Of a DNA stretch of 64,000 nt, positions 22,089 to 30,487 are shown one piece after another; positions within the stretch are counted from its first letter, which is position 1; each line of letters starts with the position of its first letter. The notes under the pieces are model-generated. The model saw only the letters and a list, made by a program, of their open reading frames with translations, searched no databases and was not told the DNA's origin. The stretch lies in contig CAWILT010000001.1 in assembly GCA_963837025.1 (NCBI GenBank), positions 273,155 to 337,154 on the forward strand, in the 5' to 3' direction. Source of the DNA: an uncultured Alphaproteobacteria bacterium. GTDB lineage: Bacteria > Pseudomonadota > Alphaproteobacteria > Rickettsiales > JALZUV01. Position numbers and translations under genes: made by a program.

Positions 22089-22778
22089 TTAGGCTGGCAC
22101 GTCAATTAATAAAATTTCGCAATCGCTATTTGCGTGCAAATTAATTATTTCTTCGTTGGTAATTTCAGCCCCATCACCTTTGTTGAAAAGTATATCATTC
22201 ACACTGATTTGCCCTTTTGAAACGAGAAGATAAGCTTGCTGCTTAATGTGATGCGTTAAGCGTGTGTTCTTTCGCAAGTTTCCCCCGTAAATCCATGCAT
22301 CTTGGTTGATAAATAGCGGGGCTTTGCCATCACCTGAAACGAGCAAGGCCAGCGCATCACGTGTTTCGCTTTTAGGGAACGCGTGGCTATCCCATGCGGG
22401 CTTAACGGAAAGTTTTTTGGGTTCAATCCATAGCTGATAGATGTTGGTAGTAGTTTCTTCATCATTATATTCGGAGTGATAAATACCCGTTCCAGCACTC
22501 ATAACCTGCACATCGCCACTTTGGGTTTTGCCAGTATTACCCTTGTCATCACGGTGCGAAATAGCGCCTTCGCGCACAAAGGTAATAATCTCCATATCGC
22601 GGTGAGCATGCTTACCAAATCCCTTTTTAGCCGCAATTAAATCATCATTTATCACGCGCAATTTACCAAACCCCATGCGCAAAGGATCATAATAATTAGC
22701 AAAACTAAAATGATGCCTAGCATCCAGCCAGCCATGGTTTGCATGGCCTAACTTTTCATAGCGAATCGGCTTAATCAT
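22089..22778 (-). CDS. pirin-family protein
   Basis: 229 aa. HPHRDMEI-like motif (HAHRDMEIITFV), and MSAGTGIYHSEYN cupin motifs. Confidence 0.85.
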   Translation of the reverse strand: MIKPIRYEKLGHANHGWLDARHHFSFANYYDPLRMGFGKLRVINDDLIAAKKGFGKHAHRDMEIITFVREGAISHRDDKGNTGKTQSGDVQVMSAGTGIYHSEYNDEETTTNIYQLWIEPKKLSVKPAWDSHAFPKSETRDALALLVSGDGKAPLFINQDAWIYGGNLRKNTRLTHHIKQQAYLLVSKGQISVNDILFNKGDGAEITNEEIINLHANSDCEILLIDVPA

Positions 22779-23619
22779 GCTCTAAATCGTTTCGAATAGC
22801 TTTAAGTTCTGCAACACGTTGCTCGCTTTGATGGGGGTAGTGCATATCAAGCTCGCCAAAAGCATCGCATAATGTTTGTGCTATCAGTAATCGCGCATTC
22901 TTTTTATCATCCGCGGGGATGATGTTCCAGGGTGCGTGTGCGGTACTGGTTGCTCCAATCGCTTGCCCGTAAGCGGTTTGGTAATTATCCCAATAGCCGC
23001 GCTCTTGAATGTCAAATTTGCTAAACTTCCAGTTTTTATGGCTATTATCAATACGCGAAAGGAAACGTCTTTTCTGTTCATCTTTCGAAAGGTGCAAAAA
23101 GAATTTCACAATTTTAGTGCCGTTACGCGCTAGATGCTTTTCAAAATCATTGATTGATTCATAGCGTTCTTGCCAAATGGATTCGGTGATTAATTCAGGC
23201 GGTATATTGTGCGCTTTTAAAATTGCTTGATGCACTTTAACTACCAGCACTTCTTCATAATAGCTGCGGTTGAAAACTCCAAGCCTTCCGCGCTCTGGCA
23301 GCGCTTTTGTTGTGCGCCATAAAAAGTCATGGTCTAGCTCTTCATCGCTGGGTTTCTTGAAACTAAAAACTTGCACGCCTTGAGGATTGATTCCCGAAAA
23401 AACATGCCGAATTGCGCCATCTTTACCTGCAGCATCCATCGCCTGAAATATAACTAATACCGAGTAGCGATCATGCGCATATAGAAGCTGCTGATACTCT
23501 GCCAGCGTATCAATTTTCTGCCGTAACATTGTTTTATATTCATTTTTTGATGAATATATTGGTTCAATATTAGTTTTGAAATTAGCCAAATCTATCGGTG
23601 TTTTGGAATTTATTTTCAT
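22771..23619 (-). CDS. polyphosphate kinase 2 family (PPK2)
   Basis: 282 aa. VIFQAMDAAGKDGAI Walker-A-like motif, NRSYYE, and PPK2 lid motifs. Confidence 0.85.
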   Translation of the reverse strand: MKINSKTPIDLANFKTNIEPIYSSKNEYKTMLRQKIDTLAEYQQLLYAHDRYSVLVIFQAMDAAGKDGAIRHVFSGINPQGVQVFSFKKPSDEELDHDFLWRTTKALPERGRLGVFNRSYYEEVLVVKVHQAILKAHNIPPELITESIWQERYESINDFEKHLARNGTKIVKFFLHLSKDEQKRRFLSRIDNSHKNWKFSKFDIQERGYWDNYQTAYGQAIGATSTAHAPWNIIPADDKKNARLLIAQTLCDAFGELDMHYPHQSEQRVAELKAIRNDLEHD

Positions 23620-23748
23620 AAATTATTGTGCGCAATTTTCAAAAAATTGCAAGTATTTGGCTGCCTGTCCCAATTTAATACAGCGGGTGTTAAAACTATC
23701 CCAATCCAAATTGTTTATACCTAGTCTAAACAGACCAGAGAGAAAATT

Positions 23749-25011
23749 ATGGATAAAAATAATCAATTAGAAAGTGAGAATCTAGAGTTTTTGGCATTAC
23801 CCCCTCAACATAAACTAGATGCCGATGAATTTTATGCACTAGATAGTGATGGCAGCACTGAGGGAGTAATCAGCTCCGGCAGCTTAGGTTATGCAAGCTT
23901 ACAGGCCTCGCAAACCGATGCTGTGTTTAATTATACAGCGCAAATTGCCTATAGTGTAAGCGAACCCATGCTGACTGAAATGCCAATCGCAAAATCAACT
24001 TATTCTACGTATTATGAATCTGCGGCTGTAACAGCATCATCAGTGTCGCCAACTAAATTAGATTTTGGAGTTCAAAACTCACCGCAAAATATAACTGATA
24101 AAATAGGCTCAGATTCAATAAACTCACCAAATATAAGCCAACAAACATTAAATAACGCAAATGCAAATACTAATGCGCTAGCTGAAATAACCAGTGCTAG
24201 CACTAGTTTTGGCAACTCATCTTTCTTAAATCCTCAAGCTAGCAATAGCTTTGTTACCAATGAAGATAATTCAATGGGTGATACCATTAAAAATATCAAT
24301 ATAGAGCAAAATAACACCCTAAATATTGAACAAATTTTTCAGCAAATTGAAAATTTTGGGGATGTTATAAATACATTAAACCAAACGCTGATAACAATCA
24401 CTCAAAATACAACGCAAAATATTTACAACACGACTGATTTAACACAAATTAATCAAATCATTATCGACAATATTTATCTTGTTAATAATCAAATTAATAT
24501 ATTGAATAATTGGGTCAATAATTTCAGCTCTAATTATGGTGGTGAGGGTCTTACATTAGATCTATCAGTATTATTTGATCTTGATATTTTGAACGTCACC
24601 AATATAGATTTTGATACAGTAATTTCCTTAACCCAGAATAATTATTTAACTGAGAATTTTGAATTTATTGTAGACGGTAAATTTAATCTTAACTTGCCAA
24701 TAGAACAAATTATTAACGTTACTTATTCAGCATTTGATATAATTAAAACAGAGCTTCTTAATGAAATCACGAATATTAATCTTTTCCATTCTGACACTAA
24801 CGAAAATGATACTGATTTAGTAGTTTTAGCTGACATTGATCTACCACCTATTTTAGATGTAGATATCGATAAGGAAGTTAATCTCGATATTGTCGAGCAG
24901 TTATGCTCCCACAGCATAAGCTATATGTGTATGAATCTAGGTTGCAAGAGAACGATGTCGAAACTAAAGGCATGGTCAGCTCTGGTAGTCTTGTTATACA
25001 AGATCACATAA
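23749..25011 (+). CDS. hypothetical Asn/Ile/Thr/Gln-rich low-complexity protein
   Basis: 420-aa ORF with no recognisable domain. Low-complexity core (NIEQNNTLNIEQIFQQIENF..., NNQINILNNWVNN). The last ~35 codons may be read-through into a second gene (see 24903-25079). Confidence 0.5.
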   Translation: MDKNNQLESENLEFLALPPQHKLDADEFYALDSDGSTEGVISSGSLGYASLQASQTDAVFNYTAQIAYSVSEPMLTEMPIAKSTYSTYYESAAVTASSVSPTKLDFGVQNSPQNITDKIGSDSINSPNISQQTLNNANANTNALAEITSASTSFGNSSFLNPQASNSFVTNEDNSMGDTIKNINIEQNNTLNIEQIFQQIENFGDVINTLNQTLITITQNTTQNIYNTTDLTQINQIIIDNIYLVNNQINILNNWVNNFSSNYGGEGLTLDLSVLFDLDILNVTNIDFDTVISLTQNNYLTENFEFIVDGKFNLNLPIEQIINVTYSAFDIIKTELLNEITNINLFHSDTNENDTDLVVLADIDLPPILDVDIDKEVNLDIVEQLCSHSISYMCMNLGCKRTMSKLKAWSALVVLLYKIT

Positions 25012-25079
25012 TACGCAAAATGTTTCAGCATTATCATAAACAGGGCAGGGTCAAATTTACAGAATTTCTAGCGGAATAA
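24903..25079 (+). CDS. 58-aa ORF, truncated paralogue of the N-terminus of the preceding protein
   Basis: My own translation (below the track cutoff): MLPQHKLYVYESRLQENDVETKGMVSSGSLVIQDH... It aligns with residues 17-52 of the 420-aa protein (LPPQHKLDADEFYALDSDGSTEGVISSGSLGYASLQ). Confidence 0.3.
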   Translation: MLPQHKLYVYESRLQENDVETKGMVSSGSLVIQDHIIRKMFQHYHKQGRVKFTEFLAE

Positions 25080-25163
25080 AGAAACTAGCAAGATAATTGA
25101 TAATATTGCGACCATTACAACTTAATGAATGAGTGAATTTCCGATATTCTCACCAGCGCATTA

Positions 25164-25889
25164 CTAATCCATTGTAACTATAGTATTGCAATTATTAAAA
25201 TTACCAGAGAAGGTAAGATCATAATTATTCTCACCACCTGGCGCCAAACAGCCTGCTGAATTCCTTGAAGTCAAAATAACCCTCCCAGTGTGTGGCTTCC
25301 CATCATCCATTTTAACATCAATGAAATATGTTGCCTCCTCTAATAAATTGGCCGGCGCTAAGAAAATGAAAACATTATCTTCAATGATTCTTACTATTGC
25401 ACCAGTATTATCTACTAGCCCAGCCCCTCCTTCTGCATATATAGGGTCGTCTAAGACTAATGGCGTAGGAAATCCTGAAGTAACACTTCGTTCGTAATTA
25501 CCTTCAACTAATTCGGCGCGGGATAGATGGTCCCAAAAATAGTACCATTCATCATAATCTATAAGTCCATTACCATTCCCATCGCAAGAACTTTTAGGAG
25601 AACTAGTAGCATTATCGTAGTTAGTACCATTATCGTAGCAGCTAGGCCAATAAGAACTAGCATTTTTTAAGTCGGCTGGAACTGCATTATATTTTAATTT
25701 AAAAGTTTTCACAGCTAGCTTATATTTATTAATATCTGAAACAGCTCCATTATATTCTGCAGCACGAATTAAATCCGATCCAGCAGTTATCCCTCCTATA
25801 ATCAATCCAATAATTACCAATACAATTGATAATTCAAGAAGAGTAAAACCTTGTTGCATTTGTCTATCCATATTTATCCTCATCTCCAA
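25164..25889 (-). CDS. prepilin-type N-terminal cleavage/methylation domain protein (type IV pilin / T2SS pseudopilin-like)
   Basis: MQQGFTLLELSIVLVIIGLIIGG is a class III signal peptide (G|FTLLE). The real start is probably ATG 25859 or 25871. The globular domain contains an EF-hand-like loop, DGNGNGLIDYDE. Confidence 0.75.
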   Translation of the reverse strand: MEMRINMDRQMQQGFTLLELSIVLVIIGLIIGGITAGSDLIRAAEYNGAVSDINKYKLAVKTFKLKYNAVPADLKNASSYWPSCYDNGTNYDNATSSPKSSCDGNGNGLIDYDEWYYFWDHLSRAELVEGNYERSVTSGFPTPLVLDDPIYAEGGAGLVDNTGAIVRIIEDNVFIFLAPANLLEEATYFIDVKMDDGKPHTGRVILTSRNSAGCLAPGGENNYDLTFSGNFNNCNTIVTMD

Positions 25890-26195
25890 GTAATGTTACT
25901 ATAGGATCATTAACTAAAGGTTAATTTGCTGAGACTTGATTATTATAAGCAGAAGTATTTAACTTACGATAAGTACTTCTACTTATATAAGATTGGGCAA
26001 TTTGCCACAAACCTTCAACTGTAGATTAACAGGTGCCAGTATAGTGTTTCGGCTAAAAGCAGCGCAGCAGCTTTTAGCCTTTATTTGCGAAGAATTCTTC
26101 TATAGCTTTAATAATCATATTGCGGCTGGCTTAAACTTAACGAATGTTCGTATTTATAAACCGCAGCAAAATAACCCTTACTGAATTGAGAAATC

Positions 26196-27110
26196 ATGAA
26201 AATCGGAATCCTATCACGTAATCCAAAGCTATACTCAACCAGAAGACTTGTTGAAGCAGCCAAAGAGCGCGGGCATGAGGTGAAAGTGATTGATGTCTTG
26301 CGTTGCTATATGAAGATTACCTCTGATACCCCCACGGTTTATTACAAGTCGCGTGGTGTAAAAGAAAAGCTCGAATTTGATGCGGTTATTCCGCGCATCG
26401 GCGCTACCGTTACAAATTACGGAACGGCCGTATTGCGCCAATTTGAAGTAGGGAATGTCTATTCAATCAACGAATCCGTCGCCATTTCCCGCTCACGCGA
26501 TAAACTTCGCGCACATCAACTATTCGCAAATAAGAATATTGGTATGCCAACCACGGGCTATGCAAGTCGAGCCGATGCCACCAGCGATCTTATTAAGTTT
26601 GTTGGCGGTGCCCCGTTAATCGTAAAAGTGTTAAGCAGCACACAAGGCAAGGGTGTTTTACTCGCTGAAACCGGAAAGGCAGCTGAAAGCCTCATCAACG
26701 CATTCAGAGACTTAAATACGGAATTTCTGGTGCAAGAATTTATTCGTGAGGCCAATGGTGCAGATATTCGTTGTTTTGTCATTGGCGATAAAGTAGTTGC
26801 CGCCATGCAGCGCAGCGCAAAGGAGGGTGAATTCCGTTCAAACTTACATATGGGGGGTACTGCTACCGTTGTTAAGCTAAAGCCGGAAGAGCGCGCTTTG
26901 GCCGTAAAAGCCGCTAAAGCCCTGGGGTTAGATATGGCCGGCGTTGACATCATCCGCTCCGCTCGCGGCGCATTAGTGCTTGAAGTAAATTCATCTCCAG
27001 GGCTTGAAGGCATTGAAACTGCATCTGGTAGAGATATCGCCGGCAGTATTATCGACTACATTGAAAAAGACAGCCAAAAAGGCCCCAACAAAATGACCCG
27101 CAAAGGTTAA
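26196..27110 (+). CDS. rimK: ATP-grasp ribosomal protein S6 glutamate ligase RimK
   Basis: 304 aa. [29 protein letters not shown]..., ATP-grasp motifs, [13 protein letters not shown]. Confidence 0.88.
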   Translation: MKIGILSRNPKLYSTRRLVEAAKERGHEVKVIDVLRCYMKITSDTPTVYYKSRGVKEKLEFDAVIPRIGATVTNYGTAVLRQFEVGNVYSINESVAISRSRDKLRAHQLFANKNIGMPTTGYASRADATSDLIKFVGGAPLIVKVLSSTQGKGVLLAETGKAAESLINAFRDLNTEFLVQEFIREANGADIRCFVIGDKVVAAMQRSAKEGEFRSNLHMGGTATVVKLKPEERALAVKAAKALGLDMAGVDIIRSARGALVLEVNSSPGLEGIETASGRDIAGSIIDYIEKDSQKGPNKMTRKG

Positions 27111-27144
27111 AATGCCGAATAAACTACTTTATTAAGATTGTGAT

Positions 27145-27915
27145 ATGTTATTGATCATAGCGAGTACTGCCTTCTTTGCTTCTATTTTAACATTCTATTC
27201 TGGCTTTGGTTTAGGCACATTACTTATGCCAGTAATTGCTATTTTCTTTTCGCTAACAACTGCAATTGCATTAACTGCGGTGGTGCATTTAGCAAATAAT
27301 CTATTTAAGTTATTTATATTATGGCGTGAAGTTGACTGGCTAATTACAACTAAATTTGGCATTCCCGCTTTGCTAGCTGCCATTCCTGGTGCATGGCTTT
27401 TAGCTAATCTAGCTAATGAAAAAGTCTTATTCACATATCAGCTTTTTAACTTAGACTTTATCATCACGCCTATAAAACTAACAATTGGCCTATTGCTAAT
27501 TATTTTTGCGATAATCGAATGGTTCAGCATTGCAAGTCAGTTCAATTTTACTAAAAAACATATGGTATGGGGTGGGGCACTAAGCGGTTTTTTCGGTGGC
27601 TTATCAGGCCATCAAGGCGCATTTCGCAGCGGTTTTTTGCTACATGCCAACCTTTCAGCACGTCAGTTTATAGCTACCAATGCGGTCATAGCATCCTTAG
27701 TTGATGTCATGCGATTAGTCATTTATGGACTAAATATTACGCTGATTACAGCGAATATAGCGCCTTCATTAATCGCAACAACCACGATCGCGGCATTAGC
27801 AGGAGTTTTCATCGGCAAAATCTATATACAAAAAATAACCATCACCCTCATCCAAAAATTAGTAGCCATAATGCTACTTACAATAGGAATACTACTATCA
27901 GTGGGCGCCATCTAA
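27145..27915 (+). CDS. TauE/SafE-family anion exporter (membrane protein)
   Basis: 256 aa, about 8 hydrophobic helices, with an internal duplication typical of TauE/SafE. Confidence 0.75.
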   Translation: MLLIIASTAFFASILTFYSGFGLGTLLMPVIAIFFSLTTAIALTAVVHLANNLFKLFILWREVDWLITTKFGIPALLAAIPGAWLLANLANEKVLFTYQLFNLDFIITPIKLTIGLLLIIFAIIEWFSIASQFNFTKKHMVWGGALSGFFGGLSGHQGAFRSGFLLHANLSARQFIATNAVIASLVDVMRLVIYGLNITLITANIAPSLIATTTIAALAGVFIGKIYIQKITITLIQKLVAIMLLTIGILLSVGAI

Positions 27916-27922
27916 ACGAAAT

Positions 27923-27968
27923 TTGGTTGCGGGGGTAGGATTTGAACCTACGACCTTCAGGTTATGAG
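27923..27968 (-). repeat. att-site direct repeat: duplicated 3' half of tRNA-fMet (distal island junction)
   Basis: The 46 nt ttggttgcgggggtaggatttgaacctacgaccttcaggttatgag are identical to 36532-36577. On the minus strand this runs from the CCA end to the anticodon loop of the intact tRNA. Confidence 0.9.
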
Positions 27969-28437
27969 TCCTGAGTTATTAAGTAAACAGGAAAGACCAC
28001 AACAAACTATGGTAATAATAACAGGATCTTATGAAGATTTATGCTTCTTGAGTTGCTCTGATTTACTGTCACTTGTTACCCTTTAGTGCCCCATGAGTGC
28101 CCCATAACAAAACCTTAAAGGGTACCACACTTTTTTGAAGAAATCTTCGCTTCATGCTTGTAGGAGAGAGGCAGGAAATGGCTAGGTCTAATTTTGAAAA
28201 AGCCGATACAGCATAATTACATTCAATGAGCGGATGGCCATATAACTTTTTGTGCAGGGTATCTAATGACAGTGCAAGTTTCCAATTACACTACTCAGAT
28301 TCTGATTAAGAGGTAGCTTCCTACGAATATGTTATCGTTAAGTTATAGACACACATTGGAACAATTCAGAAACCAAACAAAGATATACTATTCTGTGACG
28401 CAGATAACCTCTAAATTTAAGCTGGTTTCTGTTTGGT

Positions 28438-29808
28438 CTAAGTTGAGTTTTTACTTTTTGATATTAACAGCATAAGCTTTGCGTGTAGTGTTTCCATCTC
28501 TTCGTAAGCAGTCTGATATTTGGAAGATGAAATAGGAACAGGTTCTGTAAGCAAATTTACCTTGAGCATTGGCATATTAACGTTATCAATTAGAATTTTA
28601 AAGTTGAAGGCTGTCACTTCTGCTTTCGGTGGCAAGTCGTTAACACTTAATGCGCCTACAACAGCTCCTGCGCCTCCGAACATGAGCCCCCCAAGTGCAC
28701 CTGCGCCAAGTTTATCAGTGCTAAATTTGTCATTTTTCATATTTGTTTGTTCTGTGAACTCAACATTTATAATTTCAGAAAAAAGAACTTTATGCTCTTT
28801 TTTTATTGTTATAAATACCAAGCTTTTTTTCATTTCATCAAGAATAATTGCGCCATTACTCCCAACATAAGTATTACAGAGTGATAGGTTCTCAGCTATT
28901 CGCAAATTCTCAGTTTTTGATTTTAGAGTTTGTTGATGAGCTTCAAGAGTTTGTCTTACTTCTTTCTCCTCAGAGTGTTTATCAATGTTTCTGCCTATTG
29001 CAAAAACTATTACTCCTATGAATAGCAACCCTGCGCCAAATGTACCAGTTGCATCAAAGAACATTAGAAAGAAGCCTAATACTATAGCAACAGTCCCTAA
29101 AGATGTTACTACTCCAAAGATATTTTCAGTTTCTTCGCTCGACAAAGGCTTGGTACGAGCTTCAGTATTAAGTTGTTCTAGAGCTGTAAAAATAAACTCT
29201 TCATTATGTCCTTTGCGTCGTAAATACCCTTCATAAGATAGAAGAGAATTATTGCGTTCCCCCATCGGAATTATGCCGTCTTTAAGTTTAGATTTAAAAT
29301 CTTTCTTAGGTTTGCTAAAAAGTAATTTAACTAAAACTTCATCTGGTAAAACTGCAATTCTCATCCCCCAATTTGCAAAACTATATTGCTCCCCTGAAGG
29401 AAGAATAGAGGGAGGGGCGACTACATAGCTTTCCTCTGCCCTTACAACAACACCTTGGCCTAGAACATTAGCTCCTGATTTGATAAATTCATCGGATTTG
29501 AAATATAAATGAAAGCCTCCGTTGCTTGTATTTACTCGCAGAGTCTCAGGTAAATATTCTTTGATCTCTTCATAGCTTTCAAGTCCACCATTACGAGGAT
29601 CAAAGTCGATAACCAAGAGGCCATTACCAGTTCGAACCCCTATATTACTATCAGTACCCATAAACCAAGTTGCTAGTTGCTCAGGTTTTTGAGAGGCATC
29701 CTTATATCCATTACGGCTAGCAGGTGCCTTGCTATTTGGTTTGAGCGGATGAACTTTCAGTCCTAGTGCTGAAAGTTTGAGAGCCTCTTTATAAAGTTTT
29801 TCACTCAT
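28438..29808 (-). CDS. PrimPol-PriCT N-terminal module fused to 2 TM helices and a glycine-zipper C-terminal domain
   Basis: 456 aa. Residues 1-~231 are colinear with the first ~233 aa of the island primase and visibly highly similar (VIDFD, GGFHLY, YVVAPPSI.PSGEQYSFANWG, MGERNNSLLSY.G.LRRKGH). Then come TM segments VAIVLGFFLMFF / GLLFIGVIVFAIG, and later LGAGALGGLMFGGAGAVVGAL. GAGGGGG RBS lies upstream of ATG 29808. Confidence 0.7.
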   Translation of the reverse strand: MSEKLYKEALKLSALGLKVHPLKPNSKAPASRNGYKDASQKPEQLATWFMGTDSNIGVRTGNGLLVIDFDPRNGGLESYEEIKEYLPETLRVNTSNGGFHLYFKSDEFIKSGANVLGQGVVVRAEESYVVAPPSILPSGEQYSFANWGMRIAVLPDEVLVKLLFSKPKKDFKSKLKDGIIPMGERNNSLLSYEGYLRRKGHNEEFIFTALEQLNTEARTKPLSSEETENIFGVVTSLGTVAIVLGFFLMFFDATGTFGAGLLFIGVIVFAIGRNIDKHSEEKEVRQTLEAHQQTLKSKTENLRIAENLSLCNTYVGSNGAIILDEMKKSLVFITIKKEHKVLFSEIINVEFTEQTNMKNDKFSTDKLGAGALGGLMFGGAGAVVGALSVNDLPPKAEVTAFNFKILIDNVNMPMLKVNLLTEPVPISSSKYQTAYEEMETLHAKLMLLISKSKNST

Positions 29809-29919
29809 GATGAGGCCCCCTCTTCAATATTATGTCTTTCAACCCACGCGAGCCGCTTCCGACAATCCAAGTATAGTCTTCGCCCTAGACGTACAACTTC
29901 TGAATTGGTTGATTCCATA

Positions 29920-30114
29920 TCACATCCCACATTTCTCTACCGCTACATACGTGCAGTATTCGTTTACCGACATATCATTTCGACTTTCGCTCGACTTACT
30001 AGCTTGTTGCCTACTACATTGAGAGTATGCTTCCTTTTGGCAGGTGCTTAATGCGTAGACTGCAGAGCTTGCTAACATTGTAGCTGCGCTAATAACTAAA
30101 ACTATTTTTTCCAT
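29920..30114 (-). CDS. small secreted Cys-rich protein (hypothetical)
   Basis: 64 aa. Signal-peptide-like MEKIVLVISAATMLASSAVYA, 4 Cys in the mature part, and an AGGA RBS 8 nt upstream. Confidence 0.45.
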   Translation of the reverse strand: MEKIVLVISAATMLASSAVYALSTCQKEAYSQCSRQQASKSSESRNDMSVNEYCTYVAVEKCGM

Positions 30115-30487
30115 ATTAATTCCTAAATTAAACTTCTGACCGGGGAGTTTATAAAATCTACTTTGTGAGCGGTTCCTACTGACCTTCAGCCCGAAAGCCT
30201 GTTCTATACGTCAGTAGCTCCCCGACCTAAAGTCGAGGAGTGCTGTTGCGGTTGCACAAAACCGCACAAAGTAAGAGGTTATAAAGCCCCTGAGCAATTG
30301 ATCAGATTGCAACAGAACAGGATTGTTAATTATAGTCAATGGATAAGGAGTACAAAATGGAGTCAAAGGTTTTAAATTTTATATAGGTTGTTTGGACAGG
30401 CTGGACACTTCACTAAGAAGTATATAAAATAAGTCTTCTAAGATAAGTATTTTAACTAGTTATTGTCCAACCTGTCCAAAAAAACCA

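Noticed and set aside
28368-28431. A 9-bp inverted repeat, cagaaacca ... tggtttctg, just downstream of the PrimPol-TM gene, considered as a possible terminator.
   Set aside because: It has a loop of about 47 nt, no T-run and a short stem, so it is not convincing as an intrinsic terminator.
30171-30190. The sequence ggttcctactgaccttcagc resembles the att core (gaacctac-gaccttcag: a 5-nt block and a 9-nt block separated by a 1-nt indel). That would suggest two islands integrated in tandem, with a decayed middle att site.
   Set aside because: Only about 14 nt match, whereas the outer repeat is a perfect 46/46. A middle att site should not be far more decayed than the older distal one. The segment also forms part of a local stem (ctactgac/gtcagtag), so the resemblance is probably coincidental or structural.
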